A stretch of DNA of 64,000 nucleotides, taken from positions 52,390,001 through 52,454,000 of the forward strand of contig NC_043007.1 in assembly GCF_006345805.1 (NCBI RefSeq), in the 5' to 3' direction. Positions 1 through 13,190 of the stretch are shown here, piece after piece (the first letter of the stretch is position 1; the number at the start of each line of letters is the position of its first letter). A program made the position numbers and the translations under genes. The notes below the pieces were generated by a model. That model saw only the letters and a list, made by a program, of their open reading frames with translations. It was not told the origin of the DNA and ran no database searches. This DNA comes from Octopus sinensis (taxonomy: Eukaryota).

Positions 1-198
1 AATACATCCACTTGTTTTCAATAATAGAAATATTAAAATTACTAAGTCTCTCTAAAAGAGATTATGACAGCGTTACTGGAAATTAATTGTTATCGCCATA
101 TTAATATGGCAATCTTATAGATATAAGACTAAAAGCTGTCGCTGATTAGTTCCATGAGGCCATCACCTTAAGATAGCTATATGACACACAAACTGTGT

Positions 199-238
<40 letters not shown>

Positions 239-241
<3 letters not shown>

Positions 242-2420
242 GATGTATATGGCGGTCTGTATCGAGACGATTGTCTACTTTACCTACAGAATGCTCCGAA
301 CAATATGATACAGAAGACTAAAAACAGATTAGCTAGATTTTTTAGCATAATGGGCTTGAGCATAGTTTTTGACGACGAATTAACTAAAGCCAACTTCTTA
401 GATGTTACCCTAAATCTGCAGAATAATTCTTACTTCCCTTATCATAAGTCTTCTACTAATCTTAAATATATCAGCATTTTCAGTAACCATGCCAAAACTA
501 TCACCGATAATTTAGTTAAAAATATATCCTTAAGACTATCAAATTTATCTGCTAATGTCGACATCTTTAACCAAAAAGCGGAATTTTATAACGCCGCCTT
601 GTCAAAAGCCGGTTATAGAGATAAGGTATCATATATCGACCCGGCCCATTCTAAACCGATATATGCTTCTCAGGATAAGAAAACTAATAACAATAGAAAT
701 AATGTAAATAATGATTTCAGCTCTAACAACGTCGACACCACTATACTTAACAAAAATAATTTACGGACCAGGGGAGGCAATTGAAAACCAACACCAATTC
801 TCCAATACAGAAATACCCCCTTTAATGTAAATGGTAACACTCTGAACTATTCTAAGTCCAAAAAAAACTATATCTGGTTTGTCATTCCATTTGGGAAATA
901 AATCAGGTCTAACCTCCCTTTACAGTTCCGTGAAGCCGTAACTAGGAACTTTCCCAGGAATTCTAGGTATTACTCTACTATCAATTCACATAAGGTAAGG
1001 ATTGCATTCTCCAACACTTGAAATCTATCGCAGATCATTGCTTCCCATAATAACAAGCTGCTAAATAAGGACTCATCACCAGGGAGTAGCGACACTGCCC
1101 TTACCAATTCCAACCAAACACATAATAATAATAATAATAGAAATAGTATTGATAATAGCAACATTCATAGCAGCGTTGGCATTAACAATAGTAATATTAA
1201 TAATAATTTTAGTCGGATTATTAACAGTGGTAGTGTTAGTGGTAATAACGACAGCATTTCTAATAACAGTGGTAGTATTGATGATAACAACCCCAGCATT
1301 CCTATAGTCAGGGAAATTGCCACCAGTGCAAAATTTCTTCCGGTACCAATGTCTTCTTCTACATTGGGGCAACTACTTCTAAATTAGCCCACAGGATCTC
1401 CAATCATTATTCAACTTTCCGAGATAAGAGAAAACAACACAGCACAGGACTAAGTAAATTAGTTTGGCGTCTTAAGGACAGCAATACAACTTTCAAGCTG
1501 GAATGGTCCATATTGTCTGTATCCTTTCCGTTTGATAAGGGCAGAAAATTTTGTGGCGTCTGTAATTCCGAACTTTTCCATATATTGTTCGCTAAAGTCC
1601 CTTTAATAAATACAATGGTCGAGAAATCCTATAGATGCATGCACTGGCAAAAACACACCTTTCACTCATATGAATAATGATTAATATAGATAACCTCCTT
1701 GAATTTTAATAATATAGTCCCGCTTATACATCACCCCCATAGTCAATTTTTATACTCTTAAAGGACTACTACCCAACCCATTGAGGTATGTTTTACCTTT
1801 GTCTCTCTAACTCGCCCTCCTCTCTCTCTCTCTTTCCCTCTCTCTATAGTAAGCACAATCAAACACACAGACACAAACCTGTCACTTCACCACTGTCTGT
1901 TTTTGGCATCTACCCATCCACACACACAATCACGCACACACATACACACACATAGACATTAATGCAGTTATATACATACACACACATAGGCACTCATTCA
2001 CAAAAGAAAACAACAAAATCACCATTCATATGACCTGCACCCTATCACCTTCCTATTCTTAGGTCTCTCTCCTCCAACCTTGTTTGAACCCTTGGACCTT
2101 CTAGAATCTTCTACATTCAACCATTTTTGATGTCACTGCTTATAACGGAATATTTTAAAGAAACACTCATTATCGCTATGGGCTCCATGTGGGCAGTCAT
2201 CTAAAAGTTTTTGTGCATCTAGATGCTGACATAAGTTCCTTGTTTTTCCTGATGAGAAGGCGGCATAATGCACCCCTTATTCCTTCGAAATTAGGAATAT
2301 GCAGCCTTCGAAATTAGGAATATGCAGCCTTCGAAACATATGTCGAAAATAAAGGAATTTTGTTAATTCGTCATTCAACTCCATTCTTTCATTTATTTGT
2401 ATTTAAAAAAAAACAAAAAA
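239..2420 (+). mobile_element. Penelope-like element, 5'-truncated: RT C-terminus, Asn-rich linker, GIY-YIG endonuclease, 3' pseudo-LTR with hammerhead
   Basis: ORF 239-784 has GLYRDD and NFLDVTL PLE RT motifs. Manual translation near 1340-1595 gives FFYIGATTSKLAHRISNHYSTF...LSKLVWRLKD...LEWSIL...FCGVC (GIY-YIG). Stops and frameshifts lie between them; flanked by (TA)n. Confidence 0.9.
2244..2349 (+). ncRNA. Type I hammerhead ribozyme motif in PLE pseudo-LTR
   Basis: TTTTC-CTGATGA(2249-2255)-GAAGG...CCTTC-GAAA-CATATG-TC(2344)-GAAAA. Stem III ACATATGT is palindromic; loop II carries a 22-bp tandem duplication. Confidence 0.8.
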
Positions 2421-2557
2421 AAACACAAATTTCCACACGATAGCACATGATCTCTGCCCTAGGCATGTAGCTTCAACCGTGTTTTTCTGGCGTGAATTTG
2501 CTACCCAGGTATCGATTAACCGAATTATCCATAATAAGATAATTCATTCAACTACTC

Positions 2558-2795
<238 letters not shown>

Positions 2796-2802
2796 ATATA
2801 TT

Positions 2803-5800
2803 ATGGCTGCCCCCTTGTTATCAAGTATGGCCATTGCACGAAGTTTAACTGTTACTGGTGCTGTGATCGAATGTGACTTTATAGCCCAGCCAAAGATCTA
2901 CAATGTCTTGTACAGAATTGGCAACTAAAACCTTTACTGGTAATAGCCGGCTGTAGTTGCAACTGGGCTTCATGTACCTTTGCATGTCGTTTAACTCCTC
3001 CTGCCAAATTACACTCTCTTCCACATGCCTGACAGATATGATTAGTATGGTGTGTAACACCACCAGCAGTGGCCAGGTTGTCACTCATCTGTCTCGCTTT
3101 ATGACTACGAAGATGACTCTTGAGTCCAGCTTTACTGAGGCAGGGTCTTGCACAGACACTGCATGTCAGCATCATAGGAAGACCTTTCCCATCTGGAAGT
3201 GTAACAGCGATGCCCTTCCTGACATCCCTCCTTACTTTCTCATGTGCAACTCGAGATTTCTCAAAAGTGGCTGTCCCCTTGTGCACAATCCTTCTCCACC
3301 TGCTACGATCAATAGCTATGCCCTCCCATGTGTCAGGAGAGATGCAAGCATCTCTTAAGGAAGCCTTCAGCAAGTCCTTATACCTCTTTTTTGGTTTATG
3401 TGGAGGTCGTTCTCCTTTAGCTAACTCTCCATAAAAGAGTTGTTTTGGCATCCTTGAATCTGTAAAGGGAACTGGTTGCTCCTTTACACTTTTGGGGTGC
3501 AACTTGGGTGCAACACAATTTCCTTTCTTTTTGTTTCTAGAAACTACCAGTCGGTAACAAAACGCAACTTTAAAAATATATACGATTCTTTATTCTCTTA
3601 TTCACAAATGAAGCGCGATGGTATACAAGTATCCACCTAGTTCAACACAGCAAGGCTGAATTCTAACGTTTGTAAGATTCTTACAACAATTCAGCAGCAA
3701 CAGAACAGGTCAAATCCTAAGCGTCTAGGACAGGAGCATAGGCTGATCACACGTTTAAAAATATGTCCTTTCTCTTCTATTGCCGTGTCTCAAGTCAACG
3801 ATGCTATTAAGGAACGCGATAGAATTTCTTCTTCAGTCTCTAGCACATGTGCATGAGGGAACTTCCTTATGCCTTTCCAGAAGGTTCCAGAAGGTTCCAA
3901 CCCTGCACACGCACACTGAAGAATGACGTTGCTTGTGCGCACACTGGAATATGACGTCACTACAAATCCTTCATCCTGACCAGATGACCACTCCATCTGA
4001 GCCTTTGCTTTAACACAAGAGCTTCTATACTTTCACACCAAGAGCCTTCCAGTATTTCAAGATCACTGATGCGGTCCTTTCACTTAATGCCATAGATCCG
4101 TCTGAGACACATCTGATGGAAATGTTCCAGTTGCTTAAGGTGGTATCGATATGTGACCCACGTCTCACAGGCATAGAGAAGAGAAGAGAGCACACATGCC
4201 TTGTTCACCTTTAACTTTGTCTTTCTGCATATGTCTTGCCAACTCCAGAGGCGCTTTTCTAGCCTTCCGAAAGCAACACTTGCTTTCCTAATTCTATATG
4301 GAATTTCATCATCCAAATTGCCATATCTATTAATAGTGTTTCCCAGGTAGACAAACTGATCAACTACATCAAGTCGTTTACCATACACATAGATATTTGG
4401 TACACTATACTGCTTACCAGGGGCAGGTTGATGCATGACAACAGTTTTCTTGAGATTGACTGTCAATCCTAAGGCAGTGCAAGCATCAGAGAATGCATTC
4501 AAAATGTGTTGCATATCAATCTCTGTGTGTGCTACTAGCTCACAATCATCTGCATACAAAAGGTTTCTCATGATAGAGGTAAATACCTTTGTTTTCATAG
4601 CAAAGCGCCTGATATTAAATATGCTGCCAGAGGTTCGATAATGGATGTAAACACTGTATCTGCAGTTTCTGAATGCAATACAGAACACCATCGCAAAATA
4701 TATGGAAAATAGGGTCGGTGCCAGAATATGCCCCTGTTTCACTCCTTTTTGTATTGAAATGGGCTCCAACATTTTCCCTCTAACATTCACCCTACCATTC
4801 ATGTCTTTATGAAAAGACCTAACCAATGCAAGGAACTTTTCAGGACACCCAAGTTTCTGGAGGACTTTCCACAATGCTTTTCTATTGACGGTATCAAAGG
4901 CTTTTGTCAGATCGACAAAAGCCTGATACAAATCCAGACCCTGTTCCACACGCTTCTCCTGAAGCTGTCTAGCTGAAAAGATCATATCAGCAGTGCCATG
5001 TCCCACACGAAAGCCAGATTGACTTTCTGGAAGAACAAAATCTGCAATGTATTTCAGCAGACGATCCAGAAGTACCCTGCATAAAACCTTTCCTACGACA
5101 AACAGCAATGATACTCCTCTATAATTACCAAAATCATTCCTGTTGCCCTTACCCTTATACAGGACCACCATTACTGTATCTCTCCAGTCCTCAGGTACAA
5201 ATTCACTAGTCCATATCTTACCAAACAAAGAGTGAAGTTTCTGCAAAGTTTCTCACCACCATGTTGTAACAACTCTGCATGTATGCCATCCATACCTGGA
5301 GACTTCCCATTATTCAACCTTGAGACAGCCACTTCAACTTCTTCCAACTTTGGTGGTTCTGCGAGTGCTGCTTTCACAGGTAATCCAGGGATGAGGTTGA
5401 GAACATCCTCACTAACTACAGACTGCTGATTCAAAAGTTCATCAAAGTGTTCTTGCCACCTTCGCAGAATTCCTTGTGAATCACGAAGAAGTTCTTTACC
5501 ATCCCTGCTTCGAAGTGGTGTCATCAGGGAAGACGTCGGTCCATAAACTTCTCGCAAGAGACCATACAACAGCTTTGTGTTATTGGAATCTGATGCCGCC
5601 TGTATCTCATCAGCCTTCTTACTCCACCACGTATCCCTCATCTGAGAGAGCTTTTGCCTCACACGTGATTTTACGTCCTTGAGTTCCCTATGCAACACTT
5701 CCCTTTCCTGTGGCTTTGCTGACAAATAGCGTGACAAAGTACATCTTTTATCAGCCAAGAAATCATTTATATGTTCATCATTTTCTTTAAACCAATCTTG

Positions 5801-7500
5801 ATGCTTTCTTTGTATCAATCCCAGAACTTTCTTGCGTATATCATAAACTGACTTTTTAAGGGTCAGCCAATCTTCCCCAATATCTGTAGCATTCATTTCC
5901 TCTCGTAAAGTTCTCTTCACACTATTACACCTAAGACGATCAACATTCAGTCTTTTAGGCAGGGTAATCCCTGCAGCTCGGATTTTATGTTTTGTGACTA
6001 ATTTCACTCTTGCATGAACTAGGCGGTGGTCAGTCCAACACTCAGCTCCATGAAGAACACGAACACACTACACATCCTGTCTGTCACGCACCCTAACAAG
6101 GATGTAATCCAGAATATGACATTCTTTAGATGCAGGGTGCATCCATGTAGTCTTAAACTTATTCTTTTGTTGAAAGATGGTATTGGTAACACGCAGACGC
6201 AGCTCCTCACACAGCTGCAGCAAAAGCATGCAATTACTATTACACTTCCCCACCCCATGCTTTCCAATTACAGTCCATGTGTTAAAATCCCTACCCACTC
6301 TAGCATTAAAGTCACCCAGTACGATGACTTCGTCTGCCCAAGGGATATTTCTTATAATGCCCTTCAAAGCATGGTAGAAAGAAAGTTTTTCGTCATCAGT
6401 ATAGCACATAGTTGGAGCATACACACTCACCAAGCTCATATAATTTCCTTTAACCAAAGGAATTCTCATGGACATAAGACGCTCGTTAATTCCGACTGGG
6501 AATTCTTCCAACTTGTCCACAAGAGTAGTCTTAACAGCAAATGCCACTCCAGCTTCTCCTCAAAACTCTTCATTCCTCCCTTTTCAAAAGAATGTATATT
6601 TTCCACAAGATTCTGTAAGATGACCATCTCAAGGTAATTTTGTCTCCGATAAAGCAATGATGTCAAGATCATACCATTGAAGCTCCTTCGCAACAAGCGC
6701 AGTCTTTCTTTCAGGACATTCAGAGGACTTGCGGTCAAGCAGTGTCTGTACATTCCAACAGCCAATATTCAATATTTTCTTTGGTTCTATCACTGTAGCA
6801 TGATGACGGCTGGGTTCAGACTGTGATGCTCTGGAGCTCCTGCCGGGCCAGATTCTTTCAGTTGATGTGGTTCCAGAGTCCTTACTGCCATTTATTTTTA
6901 TACTGTTTTGGTACATCATTGATTTTTTGCTTCTTAAGGCTACAGCCAGCCATTCAGTTGAGACTAACAGCGCCATCAACAATCATAAATTAGTTAATCA
7001 ATTTAATCAATCAATCAATGTTGTTATCGTGCAATGCCTGTGCAAGAAGATTTTTTTAAAAGTGAGTCAATCCCACTCACTAAGCAACAGCAGCCATAAT
7101 CCAAAAAGAACAAGTCAACATCATCGGTAACCACTGAGCCACAGGTTTTATGTCGGAGTTATCCCAGTTACCTGAGTTACCTTCTCCTAGAAGGATGCCC
7201 TAACAAAGGCTAAGAGTCTTTCACTCCCAATGGTCTAACCGTGCGATCGAGTATTCAGTCAGATTAATTCTATGTCCCCACGCATGATACAGCCATAAGA
7301 CATTTATTGGATGACCGTTGAATCTCAAGAGTTCCTCCGCCCTTTGATGGGTTTTGTTTTTCATCCCGCAGGGTGTCCAATAAACACCCTGCTCACCAAG
7401 CAAGCTTGGTGGGGATGCTGGTTTAGTCGCTGACAACCCGACCATGCAATAGGTTGTACTGGGTTACATGTTACCAGTAGCACTCAAAAGTGACCTGACC
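2803..7500 (-). mobile_element. Near full-length decayed RTE-clade LINE (APE, RT, three C-terminal C2H2 fingers)
   Basis: APE motifs LNIGCWNVQTL, VSVYAPT, VLGDFNARVG, LDYILV (5990-6860). RT with AFVDLTKAFDTV, GVKQG, LLYADD (4080-5246). PKQLFYGEL and zinc fingers (2850-3502). 6900-7500 is a probable 5' UTR (less certain). Confidence 0.9.
3530..3964 (-). mobile_element. Solo-LTR-like insertion inside the RTE LINE
   Basis: Interrupts the LINE C-terminal coding region. Ends in GTCACTACA and shares GCATGAGGGAACTTCC with the LTR at 13591-14051. Left boundary uncertain. Confidence 0.6.
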
Positions 7501-7592
7501 ATATATATACACATATATACGTGCATGCATATATACACCCATACACGCATACCCCCCCCCCCACACACACACACACGCACAAATACATAAGT

Positions 7593-7920
7593 GCAGGTGT
7601 GGCTCTGTGGTAACAAACTTGGTTCCAAAACACATGGTCCTTAGTTCAGACCCACTGTGTGGTAACTTGGCATGTGTCTTCTGCTATAGCCTCAGACCAA
7701 CCAAAACCTTGTCAGTGGATTTTGTTGACAGAAACTGAAAGAAATCAATTGTATGTATATGTATGTATATATGTAAGTCTATGTGTGTGTCGTTGTGTTT
7801 CTCCCTCATCACTGCATCACAACTGGTGTTTGTTTATTTACATCCCCATAACTTACTGGTTTCACAAGAAGAAACTGATAGAATAAGTACCAGGCTTATC
7901 AAAATATAAAAAACCACTGC
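7593..7920 (+). mobile_element. SINE (tRNA-like head, recurrent family)
   Basis: Similar copies at 15125-15345, 25715-26060 and 49130-49415 share head and body motifs such as ACTGAAAGAA and GAATAAGTACCAGGCTT. Confidence 0.75.
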
Positions 7921-7971
7921 GCAGTGTCTCATATTTTTGTTTGCCCACTCAGTTGTATCTATCAATTTATC

Positions 7972-8020
<49 letters not shown>

Positions 8021-8030
8021 GTGTACATAT

Positions 8031-8108
8031 ATATATATGGATTTTGTAGACAGGAACTGAAACAAATCAATCGTATATATATGTATGTATATATGTAAGT
8101 GTATGTGT
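8031..8108 (+). repeat. Left copy of ~78-bp target-site duplication of the RTE LINE (right copy ~10690-10768)
   Basis: ATATATGGATTT(T/C)GTAGACAGGAACTGAAACAAATCAAT(C/T)GTATATATATGTATGTATATATGTAAGTGTATGTGT on both sides, 2 mismatches. Confidence 0.8.
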
Positions 8109-10690
8109 TTTAGTATTGGCAACATGAATGACAATGGTCAGAGACTACTTGAATTTTGCACATACCATAACCTGTGCATCACCAACACATTCTTTGCCAA
8201 CAAGACATCCCACAAGGCATCTTGGAGACTTTCTGAATTCTGTTCAACTGACCCGTAGTTACCACAGCGCGGATTGTGACACAGATCATTCACTAATAAG
8301 AATCAGGGTGAGGATTCTGCCTAACAAAGTCCATCACTCCAAGAAATGGGCCGACCACGCATTAACACTTGCCAGAACCTCAGACCCTGCATTGCGAAAA
8401 TGTTTTGCTGTTTCTATCAAGGTTGCTCTCAGTAGCTGCCCAACCTCCTCTGCTGAAAGTAAGTGGAATTATATCAGGGAAACTTTGTATACTACATCAA
8501 TAGATACTTTCGGCATGAGAGAAAGGCAAAAGCTAGATTGGTTCAGTGCTGGGCTCTCAGAGCTGGAAACAGTTATCGAAGCAAAGCATGCAGCTCTGAT
8601 GCAATACAAGAGTGATTCTTCTACAAAGTCACTCGAAGAACTTAGAAAGGCAAGAAATAAAACCAACTGACTGCCAGACGCTGTGCAAATAGGCATTGGC
8701 AGGAAATCTGTCAGAGTATCCAGTCAGCTGCTGACAGTGGCAACACCTGTGGGATGTATGCCGGTGTGAAGAAGGCCCTCGGTCCATCTGCAACCAAGTC
8801 AGCTCCTCTGAAATCAACTACTGGAGATCTTATCAAGGACCAAAGCAAGCAAATGGATAGATGGGTGGAGTACTACCAGGATCACTACTCACGGGAGACC
8901 ATTGTAGCTGAGGCTGCAATCGAGGGTGCCAAGATCTTGCCAGTCATGTGTGAACTTGACAGTCTGCCATCTATAGCAGAGCTCACCAAGGCTATTGACT
9001 CCCTAGCAAGTAACAAGGCTCCAGGGAAAGACGGCATCCCCTTAGAGATCATCAAAACTGGCAAAAACACCATCCTGCTTCGGCACATTCATGAGCTTCT
9101 ATGTCAGTGCTGGGAAAAGGGTACAGTCCCTCAGGATATGTGGGATGCTAACATCATTACGCTTTACAAAAACAAAGGTGACTGTGGTGATTGTAACAAT
9201 TACCATGGAATATCTCATGTTATCCTGTCCAGGCTACAACTGCTTGCTTCTTGAATTTATCCAGAATTGCAGTGTGGCTTTAGAAGAAGCAGATCAACTA
9301 TTGACATGATATTCTCCATAGGCCAACTTCAGGAGAAGTCCAGAGAGCAGAAAATGCCATTATATATGGCCTTCATTGATCTGACAAAGGCCTCTTCATC
9401 CTGCTCCAAAAAATCGATTGTCTACCAAAGCTGCTGATGATAATCATATCTTTCCATGATGATACGCAAGGCACCATACAGCACAATGGTTCAACATCAG
9501 CCGCCTTCCAAATAAAAAACAGGGTAAAGCAAGGTTGTGTCCTTGCTCCTACATTATTTGGCATCTTCTTGCTGCTGCTGTCACATGCCTTTGAGACATC
9601 AAATGATGGAGTGTTTCTGCACGTCTGTGTGCCAAGACCAAAATCAGAAGCGTCCTGATCAAGGAGATGCTATTTGCTGATGATGCCGCTCTGGTATCAC
9701 ACACAGAAGAAGCCCTACAAAGGCTCATCAACTGTTTTGAGCAAGCATGTAGCGAATTTGGCTTAGTTATCAGCCTCCAAGATGACCAACATCATGGGTC
9801 AGGCTACATCGGACATCCCAAATATACATATTGGAGACCACAGACGACAGGAGGTGGAGAAGTTTACCTATCTTGGCTCTACCATCACCTACAACCTATC
9901 CCTTGATGCTGAGCTCAATATACGCATTGGAAAGGCAGCTGCTGTGATAGTCCAACTCTCCAAACAGGCATGGGACAACAATAAGCTGACAAAGACCACA
10001 AAAATGAAGATTTACCAGGCATGTGTACTTAGCACTCTACTGTATGGAAGTGAGGCTTGGAGTCCATACACACGCCAAGAGTGTCGCCTAAATATCTTTC
10101 ACCTGCGCTGCCTCCGAAAATTCTTCGCATCAAATGGCAGAATCATGTCTCCAACAAGGATGTCCTCAAGCAAGCAGGAATACCAAGCATGTTTGCACTC
10201 CTCACACAAAGACATATGAGATGGCTTGGACATGTTAGCCGTATGGAAGATGGCAGAATCCCCAAGGACATACTCTATGGAGAGCCTGCTAGGGACACTA
10301 GGTCTGTGGGAAAATCGTTCTTACGATACAAAGATGTTTACAAAAGGGACATAAATGCCTGCAACATCAATATTAGCAACTGGGAAGCTGTTGCCAGCAA
10401 CCGTGGAGATTGGCGACGTACCATAAAAGAGGGAATGCAAAGGAGTGACATAGAGAGAGAGAGGAGAAATGGAAAGACAAGAAAAGGCGTCAACAAGAAA
10501 CTATGACATTACAACCAGCCAGGCAAAGTCTTCACTACATTTGCGGCACCTGTCAGAGGGAGTGTTTGTCCAGGATAGGACTACACAGCCACAGCAGGAG
10601 ATATATTAGGACATGAAATGTAAAAGCCGGACAAGATTATTTTATGCGCAACTCCATTGTCTCCCGAGACAAAAAGGATGCCAACAACAA
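8109..10690 (+). mobile_element. 5'-truncated decayed RTE-clade LINE
   Basis: ORF fragments with KAPGKDGIPLE, AFIDLTKA, VKQGCVLAPTLF, MLFADD, LLYGSEAW, RWLGHVSRMEDGRIPKDILYGE; one C-terminal finger (CGTCQRECLSRIGLHSH); short CAA tail. Confidence 0.9.
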
Positions 10691-11325
10691 TATATATGGA
10701 TTTCGTAGACAGGAACTGAAACAAATCAATTGTATATATATGTATGTATATATGTAAGTGTATGTGTGTGTCTTTGTCTCTGTGTTTCGCTTTCATCACT
10801 GCTTCACAACTGCTGTTCATTTATTTACATCCACATAACTTACTGGTTTCACAAGAACAAACTAATAGAATAAGTACCAGGCTTATCAACATAAAAAAAG
10901 CACTAGGCTGTGTCTCATATTTTAGTTTGCCCACTCAGTTGTATCTATCAATTTGTCTTTGTATGTGTGTGTGTGTGTGTGTGTGTATATCTATATCTAT
11001 ATCTATATATATAAAACTCAACTTGTGTGTCTGTGTGTTTAACTTTCCGGCACATCTCCTCCTAGCCAACAAATCGTAGAACCACCAAAAATGGGTCACT
11101 TAAAGTTTAGGCAAATGAAAATTGAACTGCTATTTCTGTTCCGAAATTCATCTCGCAAGTGCAAAAATCTATAATGTGTTTGTTTAGGCCTTATCCTATG
11201 CATTGAATAGTGAACTTTACTCAGTCAGCTGTTTCAAGTGAACTGTGTTCACCACGCGTGCAAGCATGTGTAAATTGCATGAAAAATAAAAAAATCAAGA
11301 TATAAAAACGAATCGCCGTAAATAT

Positions 11326-11712
11326 TGTAGAAATTCGGCAAAGAAATGAATTTTCGGCATGTAGCCTGGAGGGTTTTTTCGTATTAATCGTTTGAATTTT
11401 GTGAACACATACCTATTGTTTTCATAACATTTTTAACGCTTTGAATTAAATGTGAACATTTTGCATTGAGTCTGCAATTTGAATCACCAAAAAGTGATTC
11501 AATTAAATGTCAACATTTTGCGTTGAGTCTGCAATTTGAATCACCAAAAAGTGATTCAAATTGCAGACTCAACACAAAATGTTCACATTTAATTCAAAGC
11601 GTTAAAAATGTTATGAAAATAATAGGTATGTGTTCACAAAGTCCAAACGATTAATACGAAAAAACCCTCCAGGCTACATGCCGAAAATTCATTTCTTTGC
11701 CGAATTTCTACA
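11326..11712. mobile_element. Fold-back palindromic MITE-like element
   Basis: About 160-bp near-perfect inverted arms around a GAATCAC-CAAAAA-GTGATTC core, with a ~55-bp internal tandem duplication. Confidence 0.85.
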
Positions 11713-11826
11713 TTTCTACATTATATTTATATTGTGAAATTTGATTTAATCCTAAATCTAATTTTTCCCTGTAAGTTTGGATATACTCCCTAATATTATA
11801 TATATATATATGTATATATATATATA

Positions 11827-11957
11827 CAGGGTGTCCCCAAAAAATGTATACACACCTTAAATAATTGTAAATTTGTTATTCTTTGTAAGCCTAGTACTTA
11901 TTCTATCGTTCTCTTTTGCCGAACCACTATGTGTATACATTTTTTTGGGACACCCTG
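11827..11957. mobile_element. Tc1/mariner-type MITE
   Basis: TIRs CAGGGTGTCCCCAAAAAATGTATACAC / GTGTATACATTTTTTTGGGACACCCTG in a TA context. Confidence 0.8.
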
Positions 11958-12249
11958 TGTATATATATATATATATATAACACCCTAATGGGAGCCTTAA
12001 CTCCCAAATTTTAGTCATTTCTTTTATGATCCAAAACTAGGTCAAAAGTACTGAATGGATCTTTATGTTATTTGGAAATTATATTCTATGCATAAGGGCC
12101 ACAACCCCCATGACAATTCATATATTTTTGCTGTTGACGAAACTTTAACCATAGATATTAGATACAAATGAAGTAAAATTTCCTTAAAATCCTTAAAAAT
12201 GTTTTAGCCCCAAGTTAGAAAGACCCCTCAATGGGGACTTAACACCCAC

Positions 12250-13190
12250 AATTTTGTCATTTTATCTAAGCAAAAACGAATACAGTTGTACTCTTGGAAG
12301 CTGTTGGGTTACCCGAGCATAAAAGATATGCATTTTTTGTAATTCAATGGTACAACAGTGTAAGATTTTGCTTTGACATACACTAAGATTGTGATTTCTG
12401 CAATGTGGTGCATAAATTGTCAAGTAAATGAGAGGCATCTTTGCCTCCACTGATTCAGTTGCAAAGTGTTGAGTAAAGTTATTTGATTGCAGACCTCGTT
12501 TCAGTCTTTTTATTATCACTGGGTCACACACAATCCGCAGATTGATTTCAAGGCTTTCCCAGGTGAGTGACTGGTTATTCAAAGACATTTATAGATTGTA
12601 AATTTCTTCTGTGCAATTATGTATCAGTATAGTGGTCATTTGCAAACTCCAGAGGTGACACTTTCATTTCTCCTTAGCCCTCACATCACACAGTTATTAA
12701 TGTTTATTTCAGTTGGGTCACACCCTTCCAATTGCTATAGATTTGTAATGCATCTTACGGCTGTGCCTGTCACCTGGATGGTGAGGAATCCTACATTGGG
12801 AGTGGTAACGACTAAGGTAGAGTAGCCGACTGCTTATTGTGATCATTCAAACCCAGTGAACATATATTTCCTATTTCAAAGAAATTCAAACAATAGATAT
12901 AAGACCCAAGTTAAAAAGATTCTCAACAATTCAACTTCTTTGGTTGACATTAAGATGCCCACCCCAAACAGGGGCCTTAACTCTCACATTTTAGAGCTCC
13001 ATGACCTTCATTTTTCAGGAGCAAAATCTTTTTAACAGGTTCAATAAGACTGGAATTTTGGAATATGCACATAAAAATCAGTAGTATGGGATACATGTGA
13101 CACGATTACAATTTTTTTAGGGTGTGTAAAGAGGGAAATAACCCTCATCTGCAATTTTGATGAAATTCGAAACATAGATATTCCAGTTCA
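12250..13190 (+). mobile_element. Non-autonomous Helitron-like element, inverted relative of 22096-23020
   Basis: About 700 bp highly similar to the reverse complement of 22150-23020; the partner ends in a hairpin plus CTAG terminus. Confidence 0.65.

Noticed and set aside
6026-6637. 203-aa plus-strand ORF and other antisense ORFs over LINE, PLE and Gypsy coding regions
   Set aside because: Shadow frames opposite recognisable TE proteins, with no motifs of their own
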